Part shown: positions 33,603-42,920 of the stretch, piece by piece | How the letters are laid out: each line of letters opens with the position of its first letter | Numbering within the stretch: the stretch's first letter is position 1 | Origin: an uncultured Nitrososphaerales archaeon | Lineage (GTDB): Archaea > Thermoproteota > Nitrososphaeria > Nitrososphaerales > Nitrososphaeraceae | Assembly (NCBI GenBank): GCA_963695855.1 | Contig: CAVOHZ010000010.1 | Location: 448,001 to 512,000 of the forward strand | DNA: 64,000 nucleotides | Direction of reading: 5' to 3' | The notes under the pieces: generated by a model | The model's database searches: none | What the model was told of the DNA's origin: nothing | Seen by the model: the letters and a program-made list of their open reading frames with translations, nothing else | Translations under genes and position numbers: made by a program

Positions 33603-34031
33603 ATGATAATGGTAATGACATTTAATAAAAATATAATATTTGTACTGTTGATAGCAGCATCTATCTTTTTTAATATAGTACCTGCATTAGCAGTAGAAAC
33701 AGTAGACCGGTGTACATATTATGGCGGTACTTGGGACGACACCGATACCATCTGTAATTTTGATGACCCAGAAAAGAAAGCAGTGTATGAGGCCGCCTTC
33801 CAAGCATGGCTAGCAGAGTATGAAGACGTCAATCCAACAATACTACATCTATGTGAAAGTTACGGTGGTACTTGGGACACGATAAGTAATGACTGTGTTA
33901 TTTATGACCCAGAAAAGAAAGCCGCATATGAGATAGCATATGATGTCGCCTATCAAGAATGGAAAGCAGAGATAGAGAAATCAAATCAGGAAGTAATAGG
34001 CGGATACTGTGTATTTGCAGGATGTGATTAA
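33603..34031 (+). CDS. Secreted Cys-repeat protein
   Basis: Signal peptide; two CxxYGGTWDxxxxxC..DPEKKAxYE repeats. Confidence 0.7.
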   Translation: MIMVMTFNKNIIFVLLIAASIFFNIVPALAVETVDRCTYYGGTWDDTDTICNFDDPEKKAVYEAAFQAWLAEYEDVNPTILHLCESYGGTWDTISNDCVIYDPEKKAAYEIAYDVAYQEWKAEIEKSNQEVIGGYCVFAGCD

Positions 34032-34037
34032 ATAAAG

Positions 34038-34337
34038 TTGATGACCGAATTAAAAATGGTAACAACAGCAGTTGTGATGGTGGTGTTGTTAGTAATGCCT
34101 ATGTTTTTTAATATAGCATATGCAGAAACAGAATTTGCCAAACCAACACAACAACTATGTGAAGGCCGATACTATAACGGTACTTGGACTGGTACCGATT
34201 GTATTGAAATCCCTGATCCACAAAAGGAAGCAGAGTGGGAAGTATTGAAAGTAGTGGAAGCAATGGAAGCAGAGAGAATAGCAGAAGAATGGAAACGAGC
34301 ATGTATGCTACCTGGGTCGTGTACGTTCATCAAGTGA
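34038..34337 (+). CDS. Secreted Cys-repeat paralogue
   Basis: Signal peptide; C..YYNGTW..C..DPQKEAEWE single repeat. Confidence 0.68.
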   Translation: MMTELKMVTTAVVMVVLLVMPMFFNIAYAETEFAKPTQQLCEGRYYNGTWTGTDCIEIPDPQKEAEWEVLKVVEAMEAERIAEEWKRACMLPGSCTFIK

Positions 34338-34344
34338 ATGCAGT

Positions 34345-34464
34345 ATGGCCATCATAAAAGTCGATGCCTTCAAGTGTAACGTCTGCGGCCACATCTGGAT
34401 CCCGTGCTGGTCCACGGTAATAGGTTCAAGTTGTTCGTGTACCATTAGCGATTTTTCCAAATAA
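34345..34464 (+). pseudogene. Truncated Zn-ribbon ORF
   Basis: MAIIKVDAFKCNVCGHIWIP, then sequence with no recognisable motif. Confidence 0.35.
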
Positions 34465-34652
34465 TCTTAATTGTTGTCATTTTCTTACTATTCACTCTCC
34501 CAGATGTTATCTTTAAAGTCTACGTGAATACAAAAAGTTGTAAATTCAAAAGAACAAGCCTTACAATACTTTGCAGACTTCGACCATAAGGATTGCATGG
34601 TTAAGGCCTTTTATAACTCCAAACTAGAAGTACTATACAATTTTGTATTACC

Positions 34653-34790
34653 TATATGACCATCTGGTACATATGACCGAATTTTCATTCCCATTTTTTT
34701 TAAATTATTATCATTCATGATTATCATCCATTTTTTTTACCATTCTCAAACTGGTCATATACACCAGATAGTCATATGACCTATATGACC
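34653..34790. repeat. Origin-like inverted repeats (ATATGACC units) around an AT-rich spacer
   Basis: 34653-34678 versus the reverse complement of 34753-34778: 22/26 identical; 74-bp AT-rich spacer; extra units to 34790. Confidence 0.7.
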
Positions 34791-37037
34791 TCATGTCAAT
34801 ACCTCATTTCCACTGGAACTTTCTTCATCTTCTGTTCCAATTTTTGCAACAACATACTTTAGTGTCTTGGGTTTTAGGCTTACTGTTCTAACGTTCAAGG
34901 TCTCCCCTAACCTATCTATAATATCTTGAAGAGATTTATTGGTGTCAAGGGTCCATTTATCCTTCAAGTATTCTTTGATAACTGTTTTTCGTTCGGCTGC
35001 TTGCTTGCATAGTTCATGTACTGTAAATTCTACACCTGCATTTTCATGCAAAATAACATGAAATTCCTCAATTACTACGTCCCTGGGGTCCGATACACTA
35101 TCCACTATTGCGCCGTACTGTTGGAACATCAATTTCATAAGGTTCATTGTTTTGGTTGCTATCATGTCGTCAACCGTCCAGGACATGTTTAATTTGGCCT
35201 GTGCTTCTGCTATCCTCTGAATAAAGTCGAATGTTCTGTTAGAGGCTACACCCTTTAATTTCGCATTAACCCAGAATTGATTAAGTCGTTTTTGAGAATA
35301 ACCAGTCCATTTAGGTACAATACCTTTAACATGTTCCAGGTATTTATTCAGAAATCTATAGTTGTGTGGCTTCCTATTCTTTATCTTGGTTTTTTCTTCT
35401 GTGTAGTGAGTTAATTCCTCCTTAGTTTCAAAGTCAAAGAATGCATAAACCTGGTCGAACCTATTCAATAGATTTTTCTTTATTGGAATCTTTGAATTTG
35501 ATATTTTATCCTTGGAATCCCATGTCATATTTACGGGGTTGGTTGTTGCTATAACTGTAGTAGGTGCATCTATCTCAAAATGTCTGCTATATCTTTCCAG
35601 TGTACAACGGCCTTCCTCTACTATCTCATCAAAATACTTTTGGTCCTCATAATCCATTACTCCAATCTCGTTTATTACTACATGCGAATTCTTTGCAAGG
35701 ACTAGTACCCCATACGATACGGATAGACTGTTATCGTTATCTTTTTCTACAATTCCTATTAGAGATTTACCGTTAATTCCAGATGCAGTAACATATTTAG
35801 AATTAGGATTTATCCTTGTTGACTCTTTACCTAACACAGATTTGGAGGTACCCAGGTCTCCAACCAGTAACGTGTTTATCCTTCCCCTCCTACCGTTATC
35901 AATACCACTGATTTTATTTCCTCCAACTACAGAACGTAAAATACCTATCTTCTTATCATTATGACCTACTACATTGGGTGCAAACATAGAGACAACTATC
36001 TGTTCAAACGTCATTGGTTTAACGTAGTGTTTACATGCTGGACATTTAGGATATTTCTTAATTAGTTCAAAATCCTTCTTATATTTCTCATCACAGACAT
36101 CCTTCCATCTCTTGATAACATCCACGTCTTTTTCAGTTAATTGTATTTTCTCTTTGCTCCTTGATACTATGTTCCGGCTATGAAGTACATTGATTAGTTT
36201 TTTAGACCTCTCACCAGAACCTGGCTGAATTCTTATGTTTCCTCTTATATCTACAATTTCACCAGAAACTATATTATCAATTGCATCTCCATACAAAATG
36301 ACGTGAAGTCTATCATATTGGTCTTCGATATTTTCGATATCGTCTAACCATATTTTCTTGGCCTTTATGGTTTCTTTAGTTATTTCAAATCCTGTACTTT
36401 TACATCTGAAACATACAGACGTTGGTGAGTTTGTAGCAACACTGAAAATCTTGGGAAGATATTCTAATGGAAAATCATCAAAAGATTGGGAACCCTGGTT
36501 ATCACAGTCCAACGCAGCACATTTCCAATCCAACTTGGTTATAGCCTTGTATGTGATTGTTATTCCTGATATCCTACCTGTTACCAGTGCAGGCCCTTCC
36601 TCAGGTGTTCTGATTGCCTCTATAACAGATATAGGCCTATTTTCCTGTTCCTCACGTTCTTTTTGTTCTTTTTGTATTTGTTCCTGTATACTCTGATTTA
36701 ATTTGTAAATATTATATTCTTTAATAGTATGAATCATCTTTTCTTTGTTAATCTCTAAATGAAGAACTTCAATGATACAACCTGTGTCAAATGAATCAAT
36801 ATTATATTCTTCATCTAGTTTTTTGATAAGATATTCAATATTCTCGTTTTTTACATCGCCAAATTTATCAAATGTAATAGGGAATATTATTAATGGGATT
36901 TCGTTGTGTACCCCATTCAACTTCAAAAGGCCTTCATTTGATTCTCCATTAAAATCAAATCTTTCTATGGTTTCATCTTCTACTAGTCTGGGAGTAAGTT
37001 CCAGGGCAACAATAAATTCTTTAGTGGTAGTAGTCAT
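34791..37037 (-). CDS. mcm: Element-encoded MCM-family helicase
   Basis: Zn finger C..C/CFRC, FAPNVVG, RGRINTLLVGDLGTSKS, INE (Walker B variant), TTNP, LLNRFD, RIAEAQAKL. Confidence 0.88.
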   Translation of the reverse strand: MTTTTKEFIVALELTPRLVEDETIERFDFNGESNEGLLKLNGVHNEIPLIIFPITFDKFGDVKNENIEYLIKKLDEEYNIDSFDTGCIIEVLHLEINKEKMIHTIKEYNIYKLNQSIQEQIQKEQKEREEQENRPISVIEAIRTPEEGPALVTGRISGITITYKAITKLDWKCAALDCDNQGSQSFDDFPLEYLPKIFSVATNSPTSVCFRCKSTGFEITKETIKAKKIWLDDIENIEDQYDRLHVILYGDAIDNIVSGEIVDIRGNIRIQPGSGERSKKLINVLHSRNIVSRSKEKIQLTEKDVDVIKRWKDVCDEKYKKDFELIKKYPKCPACKHYVKPMTFEQIVVSMFAPNVVGHNDKKIGILRSVVGGNKISGIDNGRRGRINTLLVGDLGTSKSVLGKESTRINPNSKYVTASGINGKSLIGIVEKDNDNSLSVSYGVLVLAKNSHVVINEIGVMDYEDQKYFDEIVEEGRCTLERYSRHFEIDAPTTVIATTNPVNMTWDSKDKISNSKIPIKKNLLNRFDQVYAFFDFETKEELTHYTEEKTKIKNRKPHNYRFLNKYLEHVKGIVPKWTGYSQKRLNQFWVNAKLKGVASNRTFDFIQRIAEAQAKLNMSWTVDDMIATKTMNLMKLMFQQYGAIVDSVSDPRDVVIEEFHVILHENAGVEFTVHELCKQAAERKTVIKEYLKDKWTLDTNKSLQDIIDRLGETLNVRTVSLKPKTLKYVVAKIGTEDEESSSGNEVLT

Positions 37038-37354
37038 TGGAAAAATGTCTCCAACTTTTGAATTTTATCTAGAATTTTGTTTGTGTCTGATTTACAATTT
37101 GCGATTGATTTTTGTGTTGATTTAAGTTCTTCCTGCAGTATTTGATAGTCTGAATGTAGTATCCAACATGTCGAACATTTACATTTTTTTCTAGCAGTTG
37201 AATTATTTTCTAGAGCAAAACTTTTATGTTCTGCAGTTCCAATACAACCTGGAAGTTCATTAGTTCGTCTAGGTTGACCTTCTCTTTTCATGTAGTCATA
37301 GGTTCCGTCACCTGATTTTGTGGCGGGACTTTTGATCTTTTTATTTAATCTCAA
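37034..37354 (-). CDS. Hypothetical protein coupled to MCM
   Basis: ATGA overlap with the MCM start; CKCSTC. Confidence 0.55.
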   Translation of the reverse strand: MRLNKKIKSPATKSGDGTYDYMKREGQPRRTNELPGCIGTAEHKSFALENNSTARKKCKCSTCWILHSDYQILQEELKSTQKSIANCKSDTNKILDKIQKLETFFQ

Positions 37355-37669
37355 AAAGTGTTACGCCTCCCGACAGATACAGATTTTGAATGCACTAAAG
37401 ATTTGTCAGTCACTACAGGCAAAGTATTAAATCCTGTAGCCAACCAACGCCGAGAGGGATAGGAGTGTAATGATATTTTGAAGTTTTGTTAAATTTTGTG
37501 GAAATTTATGAATTTCTGTAAGCGTAGTTTGTGCGTAACTATTGATATCAGTACAAACCTTTAAAAATGAATATTTTATATCATCCATTTAGCGTTCGTC
37601 TCCGGTGTCTGCGTGGGATAATGCTTTTATGCTCGGCGGAGTGCTTGCCGCCCGGGCTACCTTTTATTA

Positions 37670-37855
37670 TCATTCCTGGGGACTAGTCTCCACTTTTTTT
37701 CTAAATTCTATTAGTTCATGAACCCTTTCGCTAAAGGTTTGATCCTTCCTGGTTTCAGAAACTAATTCGTTATAAACCTCAGGTCTTAACCCGATGTTTT
37801 TTCTGATTTGATGTTCTTTCAACAACATTATTTTCATATAGTGGTGTAAATTCAT
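37670..37855 (-). CDS. RHH/antitoxin-like DNA-binding protein
   Basis: KNIGLRPEVYNELVSETRKDQTFSERVHELI. Confidence 0.6.
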   Translation of the reverse strand: MNLHHYMKIMLLKEHQIRKNIGLRPEVYNELVSETRKDQTFSERVHELIEFRKKVETSPQE

Positions 37856-38496
37856 TATTAATAAAACTTCTTTTACTCAAAAAATTATTACGCAACATAT
37901 TCAATTGGAGCACGATATGCATGAATGTCAGACCATCGAAAGGACATATCCTGAGGCTTAATACACATCGAAGACGTGTTTACTTTAATGACATCTGTTC
38001 CTGATGAAAGTAGGTGTACAAGCATACATCGAGAGGTGCGGTGAAAGAATAAGAACAATAATATAATATGTGCATGCTGCTTGTCCAATAATTTACAGAA
38101 AGATGGTCTTTACTGACCGTACGAAGTTTTCTTTTTTAAAGAATGATTCAATTACAAACCATGCACGGTATTCCATTATTCACATACCTCATGGAAGATA
38201 TGGTTTATGCCAATGTATCTATAATTTGTACTCTAGCATAGTTGTTCTATAAGAGAGATATAGCGTGAGTCAGTTGTACTGTGAATAACACAATACAGAA
38301 ACAACATCTATCGGATCTGGATAAGAAAATTTGGGGGTTTAAACGAGTACAATTTAGGAATATATTCTAGAGTATTAAAGGTTATTCATAATAATACATA
38401 CAGGAAAAGACAGGAGAGATTCATGAAGTTTCTTTGTGGTAGGTAGATGAAACATTCGAAAAATAAGAACAAATATTTTTTATACACTACGTCATG

Positions 38497-39738
38497 TTAT
38501 AACACAGGATTATTATCTAATTTTTCAACAGAATTTTTTAAGATATAAAAATATTTTGTTGGCACTATATCTCCGTCTTTTGTTAAATAAATTAAATTAA
38601 AATTCTGTGGAGGTGTATCAATATAATTCCAGTTCCAAAATGCCCAACCTTGTATATTTGATTTATTGAATTTATTTACAAAGAAATCTGATTCATTTTG
38701 AGTCAAGTCACTTTTATCAACATTTATTTTATTGGTATCTGTTTTATCTGTGGTACTAGTCTTATCTCTTATCACGTGGTTCCATTCTCCTACGTACAGG
38801 GGAACTCCTGCTAATTTAGAGACATTCTCGAGTAGTTCTAGCTTTTTTTCTTGATAATTATCTTTCATTGGGATACCATAAAGTGAGATTTTAAAAATCG
38901 ACTTGCTGTCTTTTGGGATAATTTTTACCATATTTTCAGACGTAAGATTAATAGTTGGATCGCCAAACTTTATGGGAATGGTCATATCTATTACTACTAT
39001 CTTCTTTGTTTGTTCCCTGATTTCATTAATCATAAAAGCGTAATATTTTCCAATTTTTGACCATTGATCTTCCGAAAAAATTTGCGGCTCGTTGAGAATC
39101 TCATATCCCAGGGTACTATTATGGTTATCAAGTAATCTGGCAATAGTTTTCAGGAAATTAGCCTGAAGAATCCATCCGTCTGTTTTATTATTCTCGTGCA
39201 CTATATTTCTATCCCACCAATTTGTCCACCATAGTTTAGTAGCATTCCCTGAGTTCTTTGTTTCTGAATTGTAGGGATAAATATTTTTATCAAAGAGGAA
39301 AGACGGGAATCCAGTACCTCTTTTTTCATCAAACCAACTTGACGTATGAAATTGATGATTATCATATATTATATTCAATCCCCATTTGTCTGCAAGAGAT
39401 GCCATACTTTCTAATTCATCTAAAAATAATTTCCGATTATTTTCATATGCTTCCCAATATAACACATATCTAACATGGTTCAATCCCATACTTTTAATAA
39501 GCTTGAAGCTATCATTATAATAGCCATCCATAATGGTCACATTAGGAAATCTTTCGTAATTCAAACTGGTATATTTTCCTTTCATGTTTACCCCAAGAAG
39601 TTTTTCACCATTTTCAGGATATGAATATGCGTTTTTAATTTCTAAAGTGTAAGAAAAAGAAATTGTTAGTATAACAATAAGTAATACTGCTAGATATTGT
39701 AAATTTATTTTATTCTTTAACATTTTTAAAACACACAT
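38497..39738 (-). CDS. Secreted glycoside hydrolase family 5 (cellulase superfamily)
   Basis: NHVR, DNHQFH, YEILNEP (acid/base), VGEW (nucleophile), WAFWNW. Confidence 0.88.
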   Translation of the reverse strand: MCVLKMLKNKINLQYLAVLLIVILTISFSYTLEIKNAYSYPENGEKLLGVNMKGKYTSLNYERFPNVTIMDGYYNDSFKLIKSMGLNHVRYVLYWEAYENNRKLFLDELESMASLADKWGLNIIYDNHQFHTSSWFDEKRGTGFPSFLFDKNIYPYNSETKNSGNATKLWWTNWWDRNIVHENNKTDGWILQANFLKTIARLLDNHNSTLGYEILNEPQIFSEDQWSKIGKYYAFMINEIREQTKKIVVIDMTIPIKFGDPTINLTSENMVKIIPKDSKSIFKISLYGIPMKDNYQEKKLELLENVSKLAGVPLYVGEWNHVIRDKTSTTDKTDTNKINVDKSDLTQNESDFFVNKFNKSNIQGWAFWNWNYIDTPPQNFNLIYLTKDGDIVPTKYFYILKNSVEKLDNNPVL

Positions 39739-39851
39739 GCTATACTTTTTAAGTAATAAATGTTATTAATAAAAATTATTAACGAGTATAGTACATTAAC
39801 AACAGAAATAGGTGAATAAAGTTTAATTATTTTAAAAAAATTTAAAATATC

Positions 39852-40454
39852 TTATGTTATTTGACCTCTGATTTCGCCATCAGGATTAGATTCGCTATGA
39901 ACATTCACGTAGGTGTCTCCACTTTCTATTAAAGTGATCAGATCAGAAATATTCTTTCCTTTCAGGGGTCCTTGCAAATCCAAGCTATTGATTGTACCAC
40001 TTGCGAGGGAATTTTGTTTGTTTCCATTAATTGTTATAGAGTTAGATTCTATTTCAGAAATTTTTGTTGTATTTTGATTTTTAAATATGTCTTCCTTTAC
40101 ATTATATATACTCACCAATACATCTCCATTTTCACCCAAGTTACCTTTATGAATATGGATCCCTGTTATTTTTGGAACATCTAGAACATTAATTTGATAA
40201 TAAAGAGTTTTGTTGTCATCTAGTAATTCAAAAGACGTGCTTCCGATACCAGTTGTTTTAATGGGTGGTACCTGTTCGTTTCCAGTTAATGTCGCCGTAT
40301 ATTTATATTTTAGACTGTTGCTTTCATCTAGGTTTTTTCCGCTTTGCCCTTGACCATAAGCTAAGATGTTAGTATTTGATAAAAGCAATAACATCAATAT
40401 TCCCACAGAAAAAAATACTGTGGATATCACTAGACGTGTTTTATTTTTGTCCAT
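39852..40454 (-). CDS. Secreted CHRD-domain protein
   Basis: LTGNEQVPP, GIHIHKG, YVNVHSESNPDGEIRGQ. Confidence 0.9.
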   Translation of the reverse strand: MDKNKTRLVISTVFFSVGILMLLLLSNTNILAYGQGQSGKNLDESNSLKYKYTATLTGNEQVPPIKTTGIGSTSFELLDDNKTLYYQINVLDVPKITGIHIHKGNLGENGDVLVSIYNVKEDIFKNQNTTKISEIESNSITINGNKQNSLASGTINSLDLQGPLKGKNISDLITLIESGDTYVNVHSESNPDGEIRGQIT

Positions 40455-40488
40455 ATCAAATAGATTATAGGAATATATTTAAAAATTA

Positions 40489-40503
40489 TTGAACTTTGTT
40501 AAC
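40489..40503 (-). promoter_or_regulatory. GTTAAC-N3-GTTAAC-type box upstream of TATA (CHRD)
   Basis: GTTAAC-AAA-GTTCAA-taatt-TTTAAATA. Confidence 0.75.
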
Positions 40504-40538
40504 CCCTATATTTCGATTGTAAGGTTCGTTTAGTATCA

Positions 40539-40553
40539 GTTAACGTAGTTTAC
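40539..40553 (+). promoter_or_regulatory. GTTAAC-N3-GTTAAC-type box upstream of TATA
   Basis: GTTAAC-GTA-GTTTAC-taatgg-TTATATAA. Confidence 0.75.
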
Positions 40554-40598
40554 TAATGGTTATATAATTATTAGTATACACATATTAATGATTTAAAA

Positions 40599-40817
40599 AT
40601 GTCTACAATCTCATATTTTAATAAATTGGTCCATAAAGGAGTTAGGACAAAAGATGGAAACATTTTAGGCAACGTAATAGCGGCAGATAGTGCATATATC
40701 ACTGTACGGGGAAGGCGAATCTTCCAATTTCCTGTTCAATTCATTGATCTATATAACGACACACAAGTTTTCTTGAGTATAGATACAAATGAATTATACA
40801 AGTACAAAATTTTTTAG
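40599..40817 (+). CDS. Small PRC-barrel-like protein, paralogue 3
   Basis: Near-identical to 18593-18817. Confidence 0.7.
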   Translation: MSTISYFNKLVHKGVRTKDGNILGNVIAADSAYITVRGRRIFQFPVQFIDLYNDTQVFLSIDTNELYKYKIF

Positions 40818-41191
40818 GGATTTACACTTTTATTTTATTTTTGTATTTGTATAATAGGATTAATAGTAGAAGTGGTTAATAGTAGAATAAAAAGAATACA
40901 AAGTAAGTTAAGACTTTGTTCTTATACTTAAATATTTAACCTACTTCCACGGGGACAAATTTAAATGAAAGAATTAAGATGAGGAATTACCAATGATGTT
41001 ACTATGTTCTCTCTGCTCATTGGACTCTAAATATAAGATATCTTAATTTCGATTAAACTCCTCACTCTCATACCATACGTAATATGTTAATTTTTGACCT
41101 AGCCTAAAGATAAAGGGAATTGGAATGCAATAAAGATATCAATATAGTTATGCCAATTATTATAAGGAAATACTGACTTTATTATTAATCT

Positions 41192-41362
41192 TCATATATT
41201 TTGAATATAAAGTTTATTTTTTCTGCAAATAGGACATTTGCCAATATCACATTCACCTTTTAAAATAGTTGCACACCAATAACACGAGTTACAAAATACA
41301 AATTCACAATTATTTCTATTATAAAATTTTTTATTCACAGTAATAGTTTTATTATGATACAT
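41192..41362 (-). CDS. 56-aa Zn-ribbon protein (not in ORF track)
   Basis: FCNSCYWCAT...CPIC; preceded by box plus TATA. Confidence 0.7.
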   Translation of the reverse strand: MYHNKTITVNKKFYNRNNCEFVFCNSCYWCATILKGECDIGKCPICRKNKLYIQNI

Positions 41363-41405
41363 TGTCACTCAATAGTTACTTCTTTCTTTAATTATATATC
41401 TATTA

Positions 41406-41420
41406 GTTAACTACGTTAAC
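41406..41420 (-). promoter_or_regulatory. Perfect GTTAAC-N3-GTTAAC box upstream of TATA
   Basis: GTTAAC-GTA-GTTAAC-taatag-ATATATAA. Confidence 0.78.
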
Positions 41421-41765
41421 ATAGTACAAAATTAGAAATAAGAATATTTGATTATTTTATAAAGTACATTGATTTCAATAAAATCTTCAAAAAAAGATTA
41501 TGATTTACAGAAAAACATTAACGTTGATAATTCTCAGTTAGGATAATTATTCTTAATCGTCCAGTCTAATATACAAAAAGGTGATCGTCAGATCTTGTCA
41601 ATTTGGTTTCTTATCTTGTCTGGGATATGTCAAATGGTTCTAAAATCATTTATTGATATTGTTAAGGGATTATTACGAGAAATCAATTTCGTGTTCGTAA
41701 CTATTATAGATCCACAAGATGGGTTCACAGACTACAGCTAGATATACAACTCACGAACAAAATAT

Positions 41766-42404
41766 TCATATTAAATTCTTGAATCCTTCTACTACATATT
41801 GAACAGCAATTGCAGCTATTATTATTGCAAATACTCGCGAAATAATTAAAGAACCTCGATTACCCAATAATTTATAGATTGGATTTATAAGACGAAATAC
41901 AAAATACGTCATCAATAAAACTATTATTATAGAGATTATGGTTACTGCAAATCCACTAGTTTGAAATGTTATTATCACAGTTGTGATGGCTCCAGGACCA
42001 GCCAATAATGGAAATGCAATAGGTACAACACCAGTTTCGTCTGTAGCTGAAGTTTTATTGAATCTCCATTCACCATAGGTTAACAGCTCTATCGCGATTA
42101 TAAATAAAAGGGCACCTCCAGCAATCATAAAACTAAATATTGTGATCCCAAAAATATCTAGAATTTGTTTACCAGCTATTCCAAATATTATTAATAAAAT
42201 TAAAGCAGTTAAAATTGCTGTCTTTGAAACAAGTTGTCTATCTTTTATTTCCAGTTTCTGTGTGAGAGAAATGAAGATTGGAATATTTCCGATAGGATTT
42301 ATAACTACGAAAAGCGCAATGATTGATTTTAATAGATCGCCATGAAATGCATTCAAAAAACTACCTATTTCAATTAAAAAAGAACTAAACACATCTGATA
42401 ACAA
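41766..42404 (-). CDS. marC: MarC-family membrane protein
   Basis: INPIGNIP, FMIAGGALL, VPIAFPLLAGPGAIT. Confidence 0.92.
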   Translation of the reverse strand: MLSDVFSSFLIEIGSFLNAFHGDLLKSIIALFVVINPIGNIPIFISLTQKLEIKDRQLVSKTAILTALILLIIFGIAGKQILDIFGITIFSFMIAGGALLFIIAIELLTYGEWRFNKTSATDETGVVPIAFPLLAGPGAITTVIITFQTSGFAVTIISIIIVLLMTYFVFRLINPIYKLLGNRGSLIISRVFAIIIAAIAVQYVVEGFKNLI

Positions 42405-42659
42405 GGTTAACTGAAATATAATTTCCTATTTGCTATTTTTAAATATTATGTCGGATACACGCTAAATTATTTACTAGATTTTGTTTGACACAATATAGAC
42501 AAATTTAATAAATTTAGTCAAAATGTTCATTTAAGTAATACTAAAAAAACTATATATCGTAATACTGGAATGTGTTAAATATGTAAACAGGCTAAAACAT
42601 ACCTAATTAACTTACAAATTCCATCTATAGATATACAGAATATGATTGAATTATGCATT

Positions 42660-42755
42660 TATTTTATTTATCTCCATAACTGATTCATATCACATGGATA
42701 GCAAGAGTGGATTTTCACATTTTTGTTTGCGTATTTCTAATTCTGCATCATGTTC
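42660..42755 (-). pseudogene. Remnant of the patatin 3' end (inverted copy of ~17906-18000)
   Basis: Reverse complement reads GAACATGATGCAGAATTAGAAATA..AAACAAAAA.GTGAAAATCCACTCTT, as at 17906. Confidence 0.75.
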
Positions 42756-42920
42756 AACTTATTGATTGCTTTTTTGTTTTCATTAAATAAAAATCTAAGT
42801 CTTAACTGAATTCTTTCCAATTTTTGTAAATAATAATCTATTAAAATAAAAAAATAGAATAGAACGGCAATAATGATTAATATAATTATCAGAAGAATTG
42901 GAATATAGTATGGTTATACA

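Larger units (their letters stand above)
25550..38450. mobile_element. Integrated mobile element (integrase, TOPRIM protein, terminase-like pair, MCM); boundaries approximate
   Basis: Gene content; lies between P450 and GH5; no att repeats identified. Confidence 0.8.
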
